This document shows, piece after piece, positions 1-8,901 of a DNA stretch of 64,000 nucleotides. Below the pieces are notes generated by a model. It made no database searches, had not been told where the DNA came from, and worked only from the letters and a program-made list of their open reading frames with translations. The translations under genes were made by a program, and so were the position numbers. Source of the DNA: an uncultured delta proteobacterium (GTDB lineage Bacteria > Myxococcota_A > UBA9160 > UBA4427). How positions within the stretch are numbered: position 1 is the stretch's first letter; every line of letters begins with the position of its first letter. The stretch is from the NCBI GenBank assembly GCA_963822965.1, contig CAWGJT010000005.1, forward strand, positions 992,001 to 1,056,000, in the 5' to 3' direction.

Positions 1-450
1 AGCTCGACGCCGAGCGAGCGCTACATGGCGCCCACGGTGCTGCGCAACGTCTCGCCGGACTCGGCGCTCATGCAGGAGGAGATCTTCGGTCCCGTGCTGC
101 CGGTGCTCTCCGTGAAGAGCATGGACGAGGCCGTCGACTTCGTGAACCAGCGCGAGAAGCCCCTGGCGCTGTATCTGTTCACCGAGAGCAAGCAGGTGGA
201 GGACGACGTGCTGAGCCGCACCAGCTCCGGGGGCGCCTGCGTGAACGGCACCCTGCTGCACATCATGGATCCCCGCCTGCCGTTCGGCGGCGTCGGGCCC
301 AGCGGCAGCGGCGCCTACCACGGCCGCCATACCTTCGAGACCTTCAGCCACCGCAAGTCGGTGCTGACCCGGGGCACGCGCTTCGACCTGAAGCTCATGT
401 ACCCGCCCTACGGCCCGCGGCTGACGCGACTGATCCAGCGCTTCATGTAG
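1..450 (+). CDS. Aldehyde dehydrogenase, C-terminal part (truncated by window edge)
   Basis: MQEEIFGPVLP, PLALYLF and LPFGGVGPSGSGAYHG motifs, typical of ALDH3-like enzymes. Confidence 0.93.
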   Translation, partial: SSTPSERYMAPTVLRNVSPDSALMQEEIFGPVLPVLSVKSMDEAVDFVNQREKPLALYLFTESKQVEDDVLSRTSSGGACVNGTLLHIMDPRLPFGGVGPSGSGAYHGRHTFETFSHRKSVLTRGTRFDLKLMYPPYGPRLTRLIQRFM

Positions 451-467
451 GGGTAGGAGCCGGGGCC

Positions 468-914
468 ATGAGCCCGGACGAGGTGGCGGACCGACTCGCC
501 CTGCGCGAGCTGGTGGAGCGCTACGCGCGCATTCCCGACGATCGCGACTACGCGCTGGTGGACGACGTCTTCTGCGCAGACGCGGTGCTGCGGGGCCCGG
601 GCTTCGAGCTCATGCGGCCGGGACGAGATCCGCGCCGGCATGCGGTCCATCGAGCGCTACTCGGCGACACATCACGCCGTCCACAACCAGCTCTGAACCT
701 CCACGGCGACCGGGCCGAGGGCGACGTCTGGTGCGTCGCGAACCACCTGCACGAGCGAGACGGCCTGCCCCACAAGCTCGACTGGGGGATCCGCTACGCG
801 GACCGCTACCGGCGCGATGCGGAGGGATGGCGCATCGCGCGACGCGAGCTGCGCGATCGTGTGGTCCCAGGACCTTCCGCTCGAGCTCCCGCGATGCGGG
901 GCTGCCCGCGATGA
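468..914 (+). CDS. SnoaL/NTF2-like family protein (apparent frameshifts)
   Basis: DRLALRELVERYA..DDRDY..VDDVF N-terminus and WGIRYADRYRR...GWRIARRE C-terminus; the middle (RSIERYSATHHAVHNQ) lies in another frame. Confidence 0.75.
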   Translation: MSPDEVADRLALRELVERYARIPDDRDYALVDDVFCADAVLRGPGFELMRPGRDPRRHAVHRALLGDTSRRPQPALNLHGDRAEGDVWCVANHLHERDGLPHKLDWGIRYADRYRRDAEGWRIARRELRDRVVPGPSARAPAMRGCPR

Positions 915-1813
915 GCGCGCTTCCAGACCGCCATCGGCATCTTCGGCCTCGAGAACCTCTTCGAGGGCGACTTCACGAAGGTGATCGACGTCGTGGCGCG
1001 AGCGGACGACCTCGGCATCGACCAGATGGTGATGACCGACCACGTCGTGATGGGGAGGCGCACGGATCGCTATCCGTACGGGCAGTTCCCGCTGCCGCCC
1101 GAAGCGCCGTGGTACGAGCCGGTCGTCTCGCTGGCGGCCTTCGCGGCGCGCACCCGCCGCATCCGCCTCTCGACCAGCGTCATCATCAGCCCCCTGCGTC
1201 CGCCCGTGCTCTTCGCCAAGCAGACGGCCACGCTGGACGTGCTCTCCGGCGGGCGACTCGACCTGGGCGTCGGCACCGGCTGGCAGCGCGAGGAGTACGA
1301 GGCCTCGATGCTGCCCTTCGCGGGACGCGGGCGGCGGCTCGAGGACCAGCTGCGGGCCTGCCGCGTGCTGTGGAACGAGGTTCCCGCGAGCTTCCGCTCG
1401 GACACCGTCTCGTTCGACGACGTCTACTGCCGCCCGCGCTCCCGTCCAGCCCGGCGGCCCGCCCGTGTGGTTCGGGCTGGCACCCGACGCCCGTCAACTG
1501 CCGGCGCATCGCCGAGCTGGGCACGGGCTGGCTGCCCATCTCCCAGGACCCCGCGCAGATCGCCTCCGGGCGTCGCGGCTCGCTGCGCCGGGCCTTCGGG
1601 ACGGCCGGCCGCGATCCCGAGCGAGCTGCGCGTCCGGGCCCAGCTCCCGCCGCGGCTCTCGAGCAGCGGCGCCATGGACCTCGAAGCCACGCTCACGGGC
1701 ATCGACGACGCGCTCGGAGGCCGGCGCCACCCACATCGAGGTGCTGCCCTTCCTGTTCTGTCGAAGCCCAAGACCTCGACGCATGCCTCGAGCGCATCTC
1801 GCGCGCGTCGTAG
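911..1813 (+). CDS. LLM-class F420-dependent oxidoreductase (TIGR03619-like), frameshifted
   Basis: DHVVMG, AARTRRIRLSTSVII.PLR.PVLFAKQTATLDVLSGGRLDLGVGTGWQREEY; continues in other frames (VWFG, IAELGTGWLP). Confidence 0.85.
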   Translation: MSALPDRHRHLRPREPLRGRLHEGDRRRGASGRPRHRPDGDDRPRRDGEAHGSLSVRAVPAAARSAVVRAGRLAGGLRGAHPPHPPLDQRHHQPPASARALRQADGHAGRALRRATRPGRRHRLAARGVRGLDAALRGTRAAARGPAAGLPRAVERGSRELPLGHRLVRRRLLPPALPSSPAARPCGSGWHPTPVNCRRIAELGTGWLPISQDPAQIASGRRGSLRRAFGTAGRDPERAARPGPAPAAALEQRRHGPRSHAHGHRRRARRPAPPTSRCCPSCSVEAQDLDACLERISRAS

Positions 1814-1889
1814 CGGACGAGCGCCGGACGTCCCTGTCGCAGCCCCAGCTCGACCGACGATCGACGACCGCGTATTCCGGGATCGTCCG

Positions 1890-2354
1890 TCAGCGCTCGT
1901 CTGCGTCCGGCTCGTCGTTCTGCCACGGGCCGCGCAGGCCCAGCGCCCGGGCGGCGCGGTCCTCGGGGCTCCACTCGTCGGGCTCCACGGGGTCGGGGAA
2001 GTCGGAGAACGGGAACGGGATGTGGGACTCGTTGTAGGTGAGGTAGCGACCGATCCGGTAGTAGTAGGAGACCACCCGGTTCGCGAGGTCGCGGACGCGC
2101 GGGCTCGGTGGGCGCCGGGTGACGAGGGTGACGATCAGCTCGAAGAGCACGATCACGGCTAGCACCGTCTCGAGCACGCTGCCCACGACGACGAACAGGA
2201 CCGTCAGCCCGGTGCGAAGACCAGTCTCGCGGCGGGGGATCTCGTCGCGCGGCGGCGGGCGGCTCTCGTCCCGTTCGTCCGCCCGATCACCCCCAGCGCC
2301 GTCGCCCGGCTCCTCCTGGAGGGGGCCCATGCTCATTCGCAGGCGTTGGCTCAT
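1890..2354 (-). CDS. DUF4389-like membrane protein
   Basis: Two hydrophobic helices followed by YYYRIGRYLTYNESHIPFPFSDFP; start uncertain. Confidence 0.7.
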   Translation of the reverse strand: MSQRLRMSMGPLQEEPGDGAGGDRADERDESRPPPRDEIPRRETGLRTGLTVLFVVVGSVLETVLAVIVLFELIVTLVTRRPPSPRVRDLANRVVSYYYRIGRYLTYNESHIPFPFSDFPDPVEPDEWSPEDRAARALGLRGPWQNDEPDADER

Positions 2355-2473
2355 ATCGACCTCCCGAGCTTCCAGTGCGACGCCCGGCCGCGTGATGCGA
2401 TTCGGAGAGTGCAGGAATCGCGCCGGATGGGAGGCGCAGCGAGCGCCCAGGCGGGCACCGGCGGCGCAGCCCG

Positions 2474-2600
2474 CGAGCTGCACCGAAGCCCGGGCGCTGC
2501 GGCGAACCGTCCGCACCCGAGCCACACCGAAGCCCGGGCGCTGCTGCGCACCATCAATCCACGAGCCACACCGAGGCCCGGGCGCTGCGGCGGACCGTCA
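2474..2600. repeat. Three tandem imperfect 44-bp repeats
   Basis: CACCGARGCCCGGGCGCTGC core at 2481, 2525 and 2569, exact 44-bp period. Confidence 0.9.
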
Positions 2601-3878
2601 GCCCGCGAGCCGCGATCGCAGCAGGTCGATCTGGCGCCGCAGCCAGGACAGCAGCCAGAAGTTGTCGCTCTCTGCCCTCGAGTCGCTCGTGGGCGGCGAG
2701 GCTCGCCGACAGGGCGCCGCGGTGGTCGGGTGCGGCGGTGAGTGCGATCTCCGCCAGCTGGATGGCCTCGACGGGCGCGCCCGGCCGAGCTTCTCCTCGG
2801 CGCGCTTCGCCAGGGCGTCGGGCCCGCCGGCCAGCTCCACCAGGTCGGCATGCACGCTGGTTGCGGGCACCGGGTACAGCTCGGTGGTGGATCGGTGGTG
2901 GAACCAGCCGAGATAGCTCTCCCAGATGGCGCGTACGCACCAGTCGAGCTTGCCGTAGCCCTCGCCCACCTCGAGCTCGGGGGGCAGCCGGATCTCGCGC
3001 ATGGCGGTCCAGACGTCGCTGCCGGCGTTCATGTGGCGGACGGTCTCGTCGTGCAGGAAGCGCACCGCGTCGCGCAGGCGTTCGAGCTCGCTGCGAATCA
3101 GCGCCGCGCCCTCGATGGGCGGGCCGTGCCCCACCAGCAGCAGCTCGGGCTCGAGGGCGAGCACGCGTTCGAGGGACTCGATGAAGAGCAGCGCGTCGCG
3201 GTAGCGGTCGCCCCGGATCGTGACCAGGTTCGGGACGTGGCCGAAGAGCGCGCTGAAGAGGTTGCCGGCGAGACAGATGCGGTGCTGCGGCAGCCAGACC
3301 GCCATGGACTCGGTGGTCTCGCCACCCGGCACCGACAGCAGCTCGAAGCGGACGCCACCCAGCTCGAAGTCGTAGCGGTCGCGGAAGGTGATGGTGGGCG
3401 TGGGCGTGGACTGGGCGGCCGCCTCCAGCCCCGACTCCTTCGCGTATCGCGCCGCCGCCCGATGGCCTTCGCGAACGCGAATCCGCTGCGGCCGCTGCGC
3501 GCGGCCCGCAGGCGGTTGTCCTCGTCCTGGTAGGTCGCGGTTGCCCTCCTGGGCCACGATCTCGGTGCCGGGCTCGCGGAACAGATCCACGCCGCCCACG
3601 TGGTCGACGTGGCCCTGGGTGAGCAGGATGTATCGCACGGGGCCCCGATCGACGGCGTCGTAGTTGCGCTTGTGGACGGGCGCCTCGAAGCCCATCCCGG
3701 TGTTGATCACGACGCGCCCTTCGCTCGTCACCACCAGGTAGCTGCTCGAGAGCCCCTCGGACACATAGAGGAAGTCGCGCAGCTTCCGGGCCGCCGGCAT
3801 CGAGGCCGGCTGGATGTCGAAGCCGCCGGGGCGCGAGCGGTAGAGGGGCGTGGGGGACGGGGGAGAAGAAGTCGGCAT
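2598..3878 (-). CDS. MBL-fold hydrolase, alkyl-sulfatase-like (short form; compensating frameshifts)
   Basis: TQGHVDHVGG, PGGETTE, PNLVTIRGDRYRD, VGHGPPI, GEGYGK..W motifs. Confidence 0.85.
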   Translation of the reverse strand: MPTSSPPSPTPLYRSRPGGFDIQPASMPAARKLRDFLYVSEGLSSSYLVVTSEGRVVINTGMGFEAPVHKRNYDAVDRGPVRYILLTQGHVDHVGGVDLFREPGTEIVAQEGNRDLPGRGQPPAGRAQRPQRIRVREGHRAAARYAKESGLEAAAQSTPTPTITFRDRYDFELGGVRFELLSVPGGETTESMAVWLPQHRICLAGNLFSALFGHVPNLVTIRGDRYRDALLFIESLERVLALEPELLLVGHGPPIEGAALIRSELERLRDAVRFLHDETVRHMNAGSDVWTAMREIRLPPELEVGEGYGKLDWCVRAIWESYLGWFHHRSTTELYPVPATSVHADLVELAGGPDALAKRAEEKLGRARPSRPSSWRRSHSPPHPTTAAPCRRASPPTSDSRAESDNFWLLSWLRRQIDLLRSRLAG

Positions 3879-3954
3879 GGCGTCTCCGGCATGGCCCCGG
3901 CCCGCGCGGGCCGCGGTAGAATGCGAGCTCCGATTCTGAGCCAGCGAGGTGGGA

Positions 3955-4413
3955 ATGTCGAACCAAGCTTCCGCTTTCTCGAGCCTGGGCCTCGGGCCCA
4001 TCGACCAGGTGGCCTACATCGTCGAGGACATGGAGCGGGCCATCCCGCGCTACGAAGCGCTGTTCGGTCCCTTCATGGTGAGCGAGCAGACCCTGGACGA
4101 CTGCAGCTTCCGAGGCAAGAGCGTCGACCTCGCGATGAAGATGGCCGTCAACCACGAAGGTCCCCTGGAGATCGAGCTCATTCAGCCCACGAAGGGCGAA
4201 TCGCCCTGGACCGAGCAGCTGGCGAGCCACGGCGAGGGGCTCCACCACGTGCGCTTCCGGGTGCAGAAGGTGGAGCCGAAGCTCGAAGAGCTGGCCGAGG
4301 CAGGCTTCGAGACGCTCCTCTTCAAGCGCTTCGGCCCGGAGGTGGCCTTCGCGTACGTGCAGACCCCGAAGTCCTTCGGCGGTCACGTGATCGAGCTGCT
4401 GGAGATGCCTTAG
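3955..4413 (+). CDS. VOC family protein (methylmalonyl-CoA epimerase-like)
   Basis: IDQVAYIVEDME, IELIQP, HGEGLHHVRF, VIELLE. Confidence 0.85.
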   Translation: MSNQASAFSSLGLGPIDQVAYIVEDMERAIPRYEALFGPFMVSEQTLDDCSFRGKSVDLAMKMAVNHEGPLEIELIQPTKGESPWTEQLASHGEGLHHVRFRVQKVEPKLEELAEAGFETLLFKRFGPEVAFAYVQTPKSFGGHVIELLEMP

Positions 4414-4446
4414 GTGAACTGGTTCTAGCGCCCGGCGAACGAAGCC

Positions 4447-5190
4447 TCAGGCGCGCGGCGCGTTCCCGACGCTCACCACCTCGGCGATCTTCGTGTCGTC
4501 CCGCACCAGCTCGAGCACGGCGGCGGCGATCTCCTCGGGGCGCAGCAGCTTCACGGCGTCGTGGAAGGGGCGCAGCCAGGGCGCGATGGAGCCGTCGCCA
4601 GTCTCGAGGATCATGGGCGTGTCGACGAGCCCCGGGCACACGCAGTTCACCCGCACCCCGTGACTCGCCGCCAGGGGCGCGCACGAGCGGGTGAAGTGGA
4701 TGACGCCCGCCTTGGTGGCCGCGTAGACGGCCTGCTCGGGAAGCGGCATGAGCCCGGCCCCCGAGGCGGTCTGCACGACGACGCCTCCGCCGGACTTCTT
4801 CATGGGGCCCAGGGCGAGCTGGGTGCCGAGGATGACACCGCGCAGGTTCACGTCCACGATCGACGCGCAGCGTTCCGGGGCGACGTCGGGCCAGGTGCTG
4901 GCGCCCTCGCCCATGCCGGCGTTGTTGTGCAGCACGTCGAGACGACCGAAACGCCGCAGGGTGGCGTCGAAGAGCGCACGCAGGGAGCCGAGATCGGCCA
5001 CGTCCGTCGCCAGCGCCAACGGCTCCGCGCCGGCGTCCCGAACCAGCGAGGCGGACTCGTCGAGATCCGAGCCTTCGAGATCCGCCAGCACCAGCGCCCG
5101 GGCGCCCGCCTGCGCCAGGGCCACGGCCGTCGCCCGGCCGATTCCCGAAGCCGACCCGGTCACGAGTGCCACGCGATCCTGAACGTCCAT
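4447..5190 (-). CDS. SDR family oxidoreductase
   Basis: TGSASGIG, NNAG, YAATK, VNCVCPGLVDTPM. Confidence 0.93.
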   Translation of the reverse strand: MDVQDRVALVTGSASGIGRATAVALAQAGARALVLADLEGSDLDESASLVRDAGAEPLALATDVADLGSLRALFDATLRRFGRLDVLHNNAGMGEGASTWPDVAPERCASIVDVNLRGVILGTQLALGPMKKSGGGVVVQTASGAGLMPLPEQAVYAATKAGVIHFTRSCAPLAASHGVRVNCVCPGLVDTPMILETGDGSIAPWLRPFHDAVKLLRPEEIAAAVLELVRDDTKIAEVVSVGNAPRA

Positions 5191-5420
5191 CACCGCACGG
5201 TAGCAGCGAGCGGTGACGGACGTGAGCCGGCGGGCTGCCCCAATGCGTCGTTGTTCGAGCTTCCCGCGTGCCGCAGACCCCGCCATCCCTGGCGGATCCA
5301 GCGAGCCCGTCAGAACCAGCGCGAGCGCGACAGCCTCACAGGTGTGAGATTCTGCCGCCGGCCTCCGAGGCGCGGCACGGGGCGGGTCCACCCGCCAATC
5401 CAGCCGGCATTGGGAGTTGC

Positions 5421-5447
5421 GCCCTGATCCGTATGACGGATCAGGGC
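5421..5447. promoter_or_regulatory. Perfect inverted repeat (12-bp arms) upstream of the sulfotransferase; candidate operator
   Basis: GCCCTGATCCGT-ATG-ACGGATCAGGGC, 13 bp before ATG 5461. Confidence 0.55.
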
Positions 5448-5460
5448 TAGCGTTCCGTCC

Positions 5461-6711
5461 ATGCTGACGCCCCCGACCCTGCCCCTTCCCGTCCGCGCCT
5501 ACAACGGAGCCCGCCGCCTGGCGAGCCGCATCGGGCTGCCGATGCCGTCCCTCGACGCCGACGCCCTGATGGAAGCGGCGTGCAGGAAGACGGGGCTCCG
5601 GGACTTCGGCCCCGACACCTTCCGCGAGCCGCTGTCGCGCCTCGTCGCTTCGCTGAACCAGGAGTCGGGCCTCCACGCCGTGGGCTTCACGATCGCGCGC
5701 ACGGTGGTCTCGAACGCCCTCGAGAACCGCCTGCGCGTATACGACTGCATCGCGCGGGAGCCCACCATCACCCAGGGCGCCGTACGGCGCCCCGTCTTCA
5801 TCATCGGGATGCCGCGCACGGGCACCAGCATCCTGCACGAGCTGATCGGCCAGGACCCCACGGTCCGGGTGCCCCAGACCTGGGAGGTGGACCGCCCGGT
5901 CCCGCCCCCGGAGAAGCAGAGCTACGAGACCGATCCCCGCATCGCCGAGTGCGACCGCGAGCTGGCCCAGACCGACCGGCTCATCCCGGCCTTCCGGCGC
6001 ATGCACCGCATGGCCGCGCGTCTCCCCCAGGAAGACGTGGGCATGATGGCCCTCGAGTTCACGAGCATGATCTTCGAGGCCTCGTTCCGACTGCCGAGCT
6101 ACACCGCCTGGCTCCACGGCGGCGGTGGCGACATGGCGCCCGCCTACGCGCTGCACCGGCGCTTCCTGCAGCTGCTGCAGTGGCGTTGTCCGGCGGACCG
6201 CTGGGTGCTGAAGACGCCGGCCCACCTGTGGGATCTGGACACCCTGCTGGCCGAGTATCCCGACGCGTGCCTGGTCCAGACCCACCGCGATCCGCTGCAG
6301 ATCCTGTCCTCGCTCACGAGCCTCGAGACCACCCTGCGCGCGATGGCGAGCGACGACATCCATCCCGACGAGATCGCGCGCGAGTGGTCCGCCCTGAACA
6401 TCCAGGCGTACGACGCGTCGATCGACGCCCGGGAGCGCGGCGTCGTGAAGCCCGACCAGGTGATCGACATCCACTTCGCGGAGTTCATGGACGACCCGTT
6501 CGCGGCCATCCGACGCATCTACGAGAAGTTCGACATCCCGTACACCCCGGAAGCGGACACGCGCATGCGCGCCTACCTCGCCGAGCACTCGACGGACGAG
6601 CACGGCAAGCACACCCACCGCTTCGCCGACACGGGCCTCGACGTGGCCGACGAGCGCGAGCGCGTGAAGCGCTACCAGGAGTACTTCGACATCCCGTCCG
6701 AGGTGCGCTGA
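5461..6711 (+). CDS. Sulfotransferase (Sulfotransfer_3 / Stf-like)
   Basis: PAPS-binding FIIGMPRTGTSILH, WVLKTPAH, QTHRDP. Confidence 0.92.
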   Translation: MLTPPTLPLPVRAYNGARRLASRIGLPMPSLDADALMEAACRKTGLRDFGPDTFREPLSRLVASLNQESGLHAVGFTIARTVVSNALENRLRVYDCIAREPTITQGAVRRPVFIIGMPRTGTSILHELIGQDPTVRVPQTWEVDRPVPPPEKQSYETDPRIAECDRELAQTDRLIPAFRRMHRMAARLPQEDVGMMALEFTSMIFEASFRLPSYTAWLHGGGGDMAPAYALHRRFLQLLQWRCPADRWVLKTPAHLWDLDTLLAEYPDACLVQTHRDPLQILSSLTSLETTLRAMASDDIHPDEIAREWSALNIQAYDASIDARERGVVKPDQVIDIHFAEFMDDPFAAIRRIYEKFDIPYTPEADTRMRAYLAEHSTDEHGKHTHRFADTGLDVADERERVKRYQEYFDIPSEVR

Positions 6712-6774
6712 CCCATCGAGGGGGAGTGGTATGGGTGGAGCTGGTGGAGCCGGGGGCTCCGGATTCGGCCGAAC

Positions 6775-6918
6775 CTACTCGTACTCGCACTCCCCGGCTT
6801 CATGATTCCACCGACCGCCAGCGTCGAGACACCGATCAACATCGAGGCACCCTTTCAGCCAGATGCCCACTGCGGCGAGCGCAACGGTGGCGGCTACGAC
6901 AATCCATCTTCGATTCAC
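6775..6918 (-). CDS. Small 47-aa membrane-anchored Cys-containing protein (absent from the ORF track)
   Basis: Manual translation GTG..TAG: MNRRWIVVAATVALAAVGIWLKGCLDVDRCLDAGGRWNHEAGECEYE. Confidence 0.6.
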   Translation of the reverse strand: MNRRWIVVAATVALAAVGIWLKGCLDVDRCLDAGGRWNHEAGECEYE

Positions 6919-6962
6919 GTGGCGGGTGCTCGACGGGGGCACGGGGAGGATGGGGCGCTGGC

Positions 6963-7262
6963 TCAGCTCGCTTCCTTGAGCGTGACCGAAAGCCGGAACC
7001 CGAGAGCATCGAGCAACGCTTCGAGACTGCGCAGCTCAGGATTTCCGTTCTTCGAGAGCATCCGGTACAGGTGCTCGCGGTTCAGCTCGGTCGCTTCGGC
7101 GAGCTTCGCCACTCCACCTCGGGCGCGGGCCACATCCCGCAGTGCCAGGAGAAAGACCTCGGGGTCACCGTCTTCGAGGCAGGCATTGAGATAGCCGACC
7201 GCCTCAGTGGGGTCCTGTAGGTCCTCGTCCAGCACGTCTTCGTAGCGTCGGGACTTACTCAT
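6963..7262 (-). CDS. Addiction-module antitoxin, XRE/HTH (HI1420/TIGR02684-like)
   Basis: YLNACLEDGDPEVFLLALRDVARARGGVAKLAEATELNREHLYRMLSKNGNP. Confidence 0.9.
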   Translation of the reverse strand: MSKSRRYEDVLDEDLQDPTEAVGYLNACLEDGDPEVFLLALRDVARARGGVAKLAEATELNREHLYRMLSKNGNPELRSLEALLDALGFRLSVTLKEAS

Positions 7263-7590
7263 GGGATCGACTCCTGTAGTCGCGCCAGTATTGCTGCGCG
7301 CGTTCGATGTCGCGAGTCTGAGAGCCTTTGTCGCCTCCACACAGCAGGATCACCACCGTGTCCCCGTCTCGACCGAAGTAGATCCGGTAGCCGGGCCCGG
7401 CGTGGATACGCAGCTCATGGACGCCATCGCCCACGCTGCGGGCATCGCCGAAGTTGCCGAGGCGGACCCGGACAATGCGCTGTCGAACCCGGTTCCGGCC
7501 TGCTCCATCTCGAAGTCCACGGAGCCACTCTGTGAACGGCTCGCTGCCGTTCGAGCGGGCATAGACCCGCACCTCCTGCTCGGTCGGCAT
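7255..7590 (-). CDS. RelE/ParE-family toxin (HigB-like killer, TIGR02683-like)
   Basis: PFTEWL..L, RLGNFGDARSVGDGVHELRIHAGPGYRIYF, LLCGGDK.SQ..DI; overlaps the antitoxin start (toxin-first order). Confidence 0.92.
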   Translation of the reverse strand: MPTEQEVRVYARSNGSEPFTEWLRGLRDGAGRNRVRQRIVRVRLGNFGDARSVGDGVHELRIHAGPGYRIYFGRDGDTVVILLCGGDKGSQTRDIERAQQYWRDYRSRSHE

Positions 7591-7596
7591 GCCGGA

Positions 7597-7624
7597 ACTG
7601 TAGCTTAAGAGCTACACACGTCAA
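7597..7624 (-). promoter_or_regulatory. TA promoter (TTGACG-16 bp-TACAGT) with overlapping palindromic operator
   Basis: TGTAGCT-TAAG-AGCTACA at 7599-7616; the -10 hexamer ends 6 nt before the toxin ATG. Confidence 0.7.
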
Positions 7625-8790
7625 CTTGCGTCGGGGCCCTCTGCCAGACTCCTCTCCGCATAGCGCTGGGCCGCCACTTCGTCCCCGCGACGACCCGGGG
7701 CCTTGGAAGATCGGCCCGCCGAAGTTGTTCAGACCGAGAGGGTCCAGCCGCGACGTGGGGTTGTTCGCGGCGTACCGGTAGACATCGACCCCACCCACCT
7801 ACCCAATCGGATCCGCCGAGATGTACCGCCCCACACCCGGGTCGTAGTACCGGAACCGGTTGTAGTGAAGCCCCGTCTCCGCGTCGTAGTATTGGCCGGG
7901 GAAGCGGATGTTGAAGTCCTCGAGCATCCGGAGGAGGGCCGACAAGGCGTTCCGGCCCTGAAGATCTGCGAGCATCTCGTTCAAGATGCACTCCGTCTCC
8001 GCCTCGTTGAAGTCGTAGAGCCCGAGCGGGTCAAAGAATCAAAGCGGATTGTCAGCGGCGTAGACGTACGAGTTCAGGAGCCTGCTCCCGAACTGCCCGA
8101 TCGGGTCCGCCGAGATGTACCGCCCGATGCTGGGGTCGTAGTACCGGAACCTGTTGTGGTGCAGCCCCGTCTCCGCATCGCAACACCGCCCGGCGGCGTC
8201 GAGCTTGTGGGGCGTGGCAGGCCCATCGGGTAGGTGGCGTTCTTCAGCCGGGCGGCCCCGTCGTAGTCGTAGACGTAGCTGCCGGCCAGCGACCCCCCGA
8301 TCGACTCCTCGATCGTTTTGACCGCGTCAGTCGCGTCATAGCTCGTGTAGTCCAGCAGGTGCAGCGATGAGCCGCCCGCGCTGACGTCGATGCTCGAGAC
8401 CGGTCCCTGCGGCTTGTAGCCGTAGGTGGAGGTCACCGCGTTGCCGTGGTCGATCGTATGGAGCTGGTCGTTGTCGTAGTACGTGAACTGCGGCGCCGGG
8501 CCCCCGAGGGTTGCGCTCGTGAGCCGGTCGCGGAAGCCGTAGGTCCACGAGTGTGGGATCGATACGCCGCCCTCGTGGAAGTCGAGCGTGTTCCGGTTGC
8601 CGAAGCGGTCGTAGCCCGGGTCGAGGACCACTGAGACCGGAAGATACTGCAGGGTCACCGTGTCCACGCGGCCCACGGCATCCCAGGTAGAGGTCTAAAG
8701 CGGTCCCGTCTGCGTGTCGGAGACCGTGTCGACGTTCCCATTGTCGTAGCAGTAGCTGACCGCGTACGCCGCGCCCAGGGGAGGAGTGAC
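7625..8790 (-). pseudogene. Decayed Rhs/YD-repeat locus with two Rhs-associated cores
   Basis: YD repeats (YDRFGNR, YDGAARL); two [23 protein letters not shown] cores, each followed by DPLGL; in-frame TGA/TAG stops; no intact N-terminus. Confidence 0.88.
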
Positions 8791-8901
8791 CGTCTCGAGC
8801 CGCGACAGCGGATCGCACTGGTGGCGGACCGGACCGTGCGGGCTCGGTCGCTTCCGCAGTGGCACTGCGACCGGGGTCGAATCGCGGAGGGCCCGGCTTC
8901 G

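Noticed and set aside
2474..2600. Mini CRISPR array
   Set aside because: Variable parts are only about 8 bp, the repeats are degenerate and no cas genes are present.
468..3878. Frameshifts in the SnoaL, LLM and MBL genes as true inactivation
   Set aside because: Same indel pattern, often compensating; probably consensus error.
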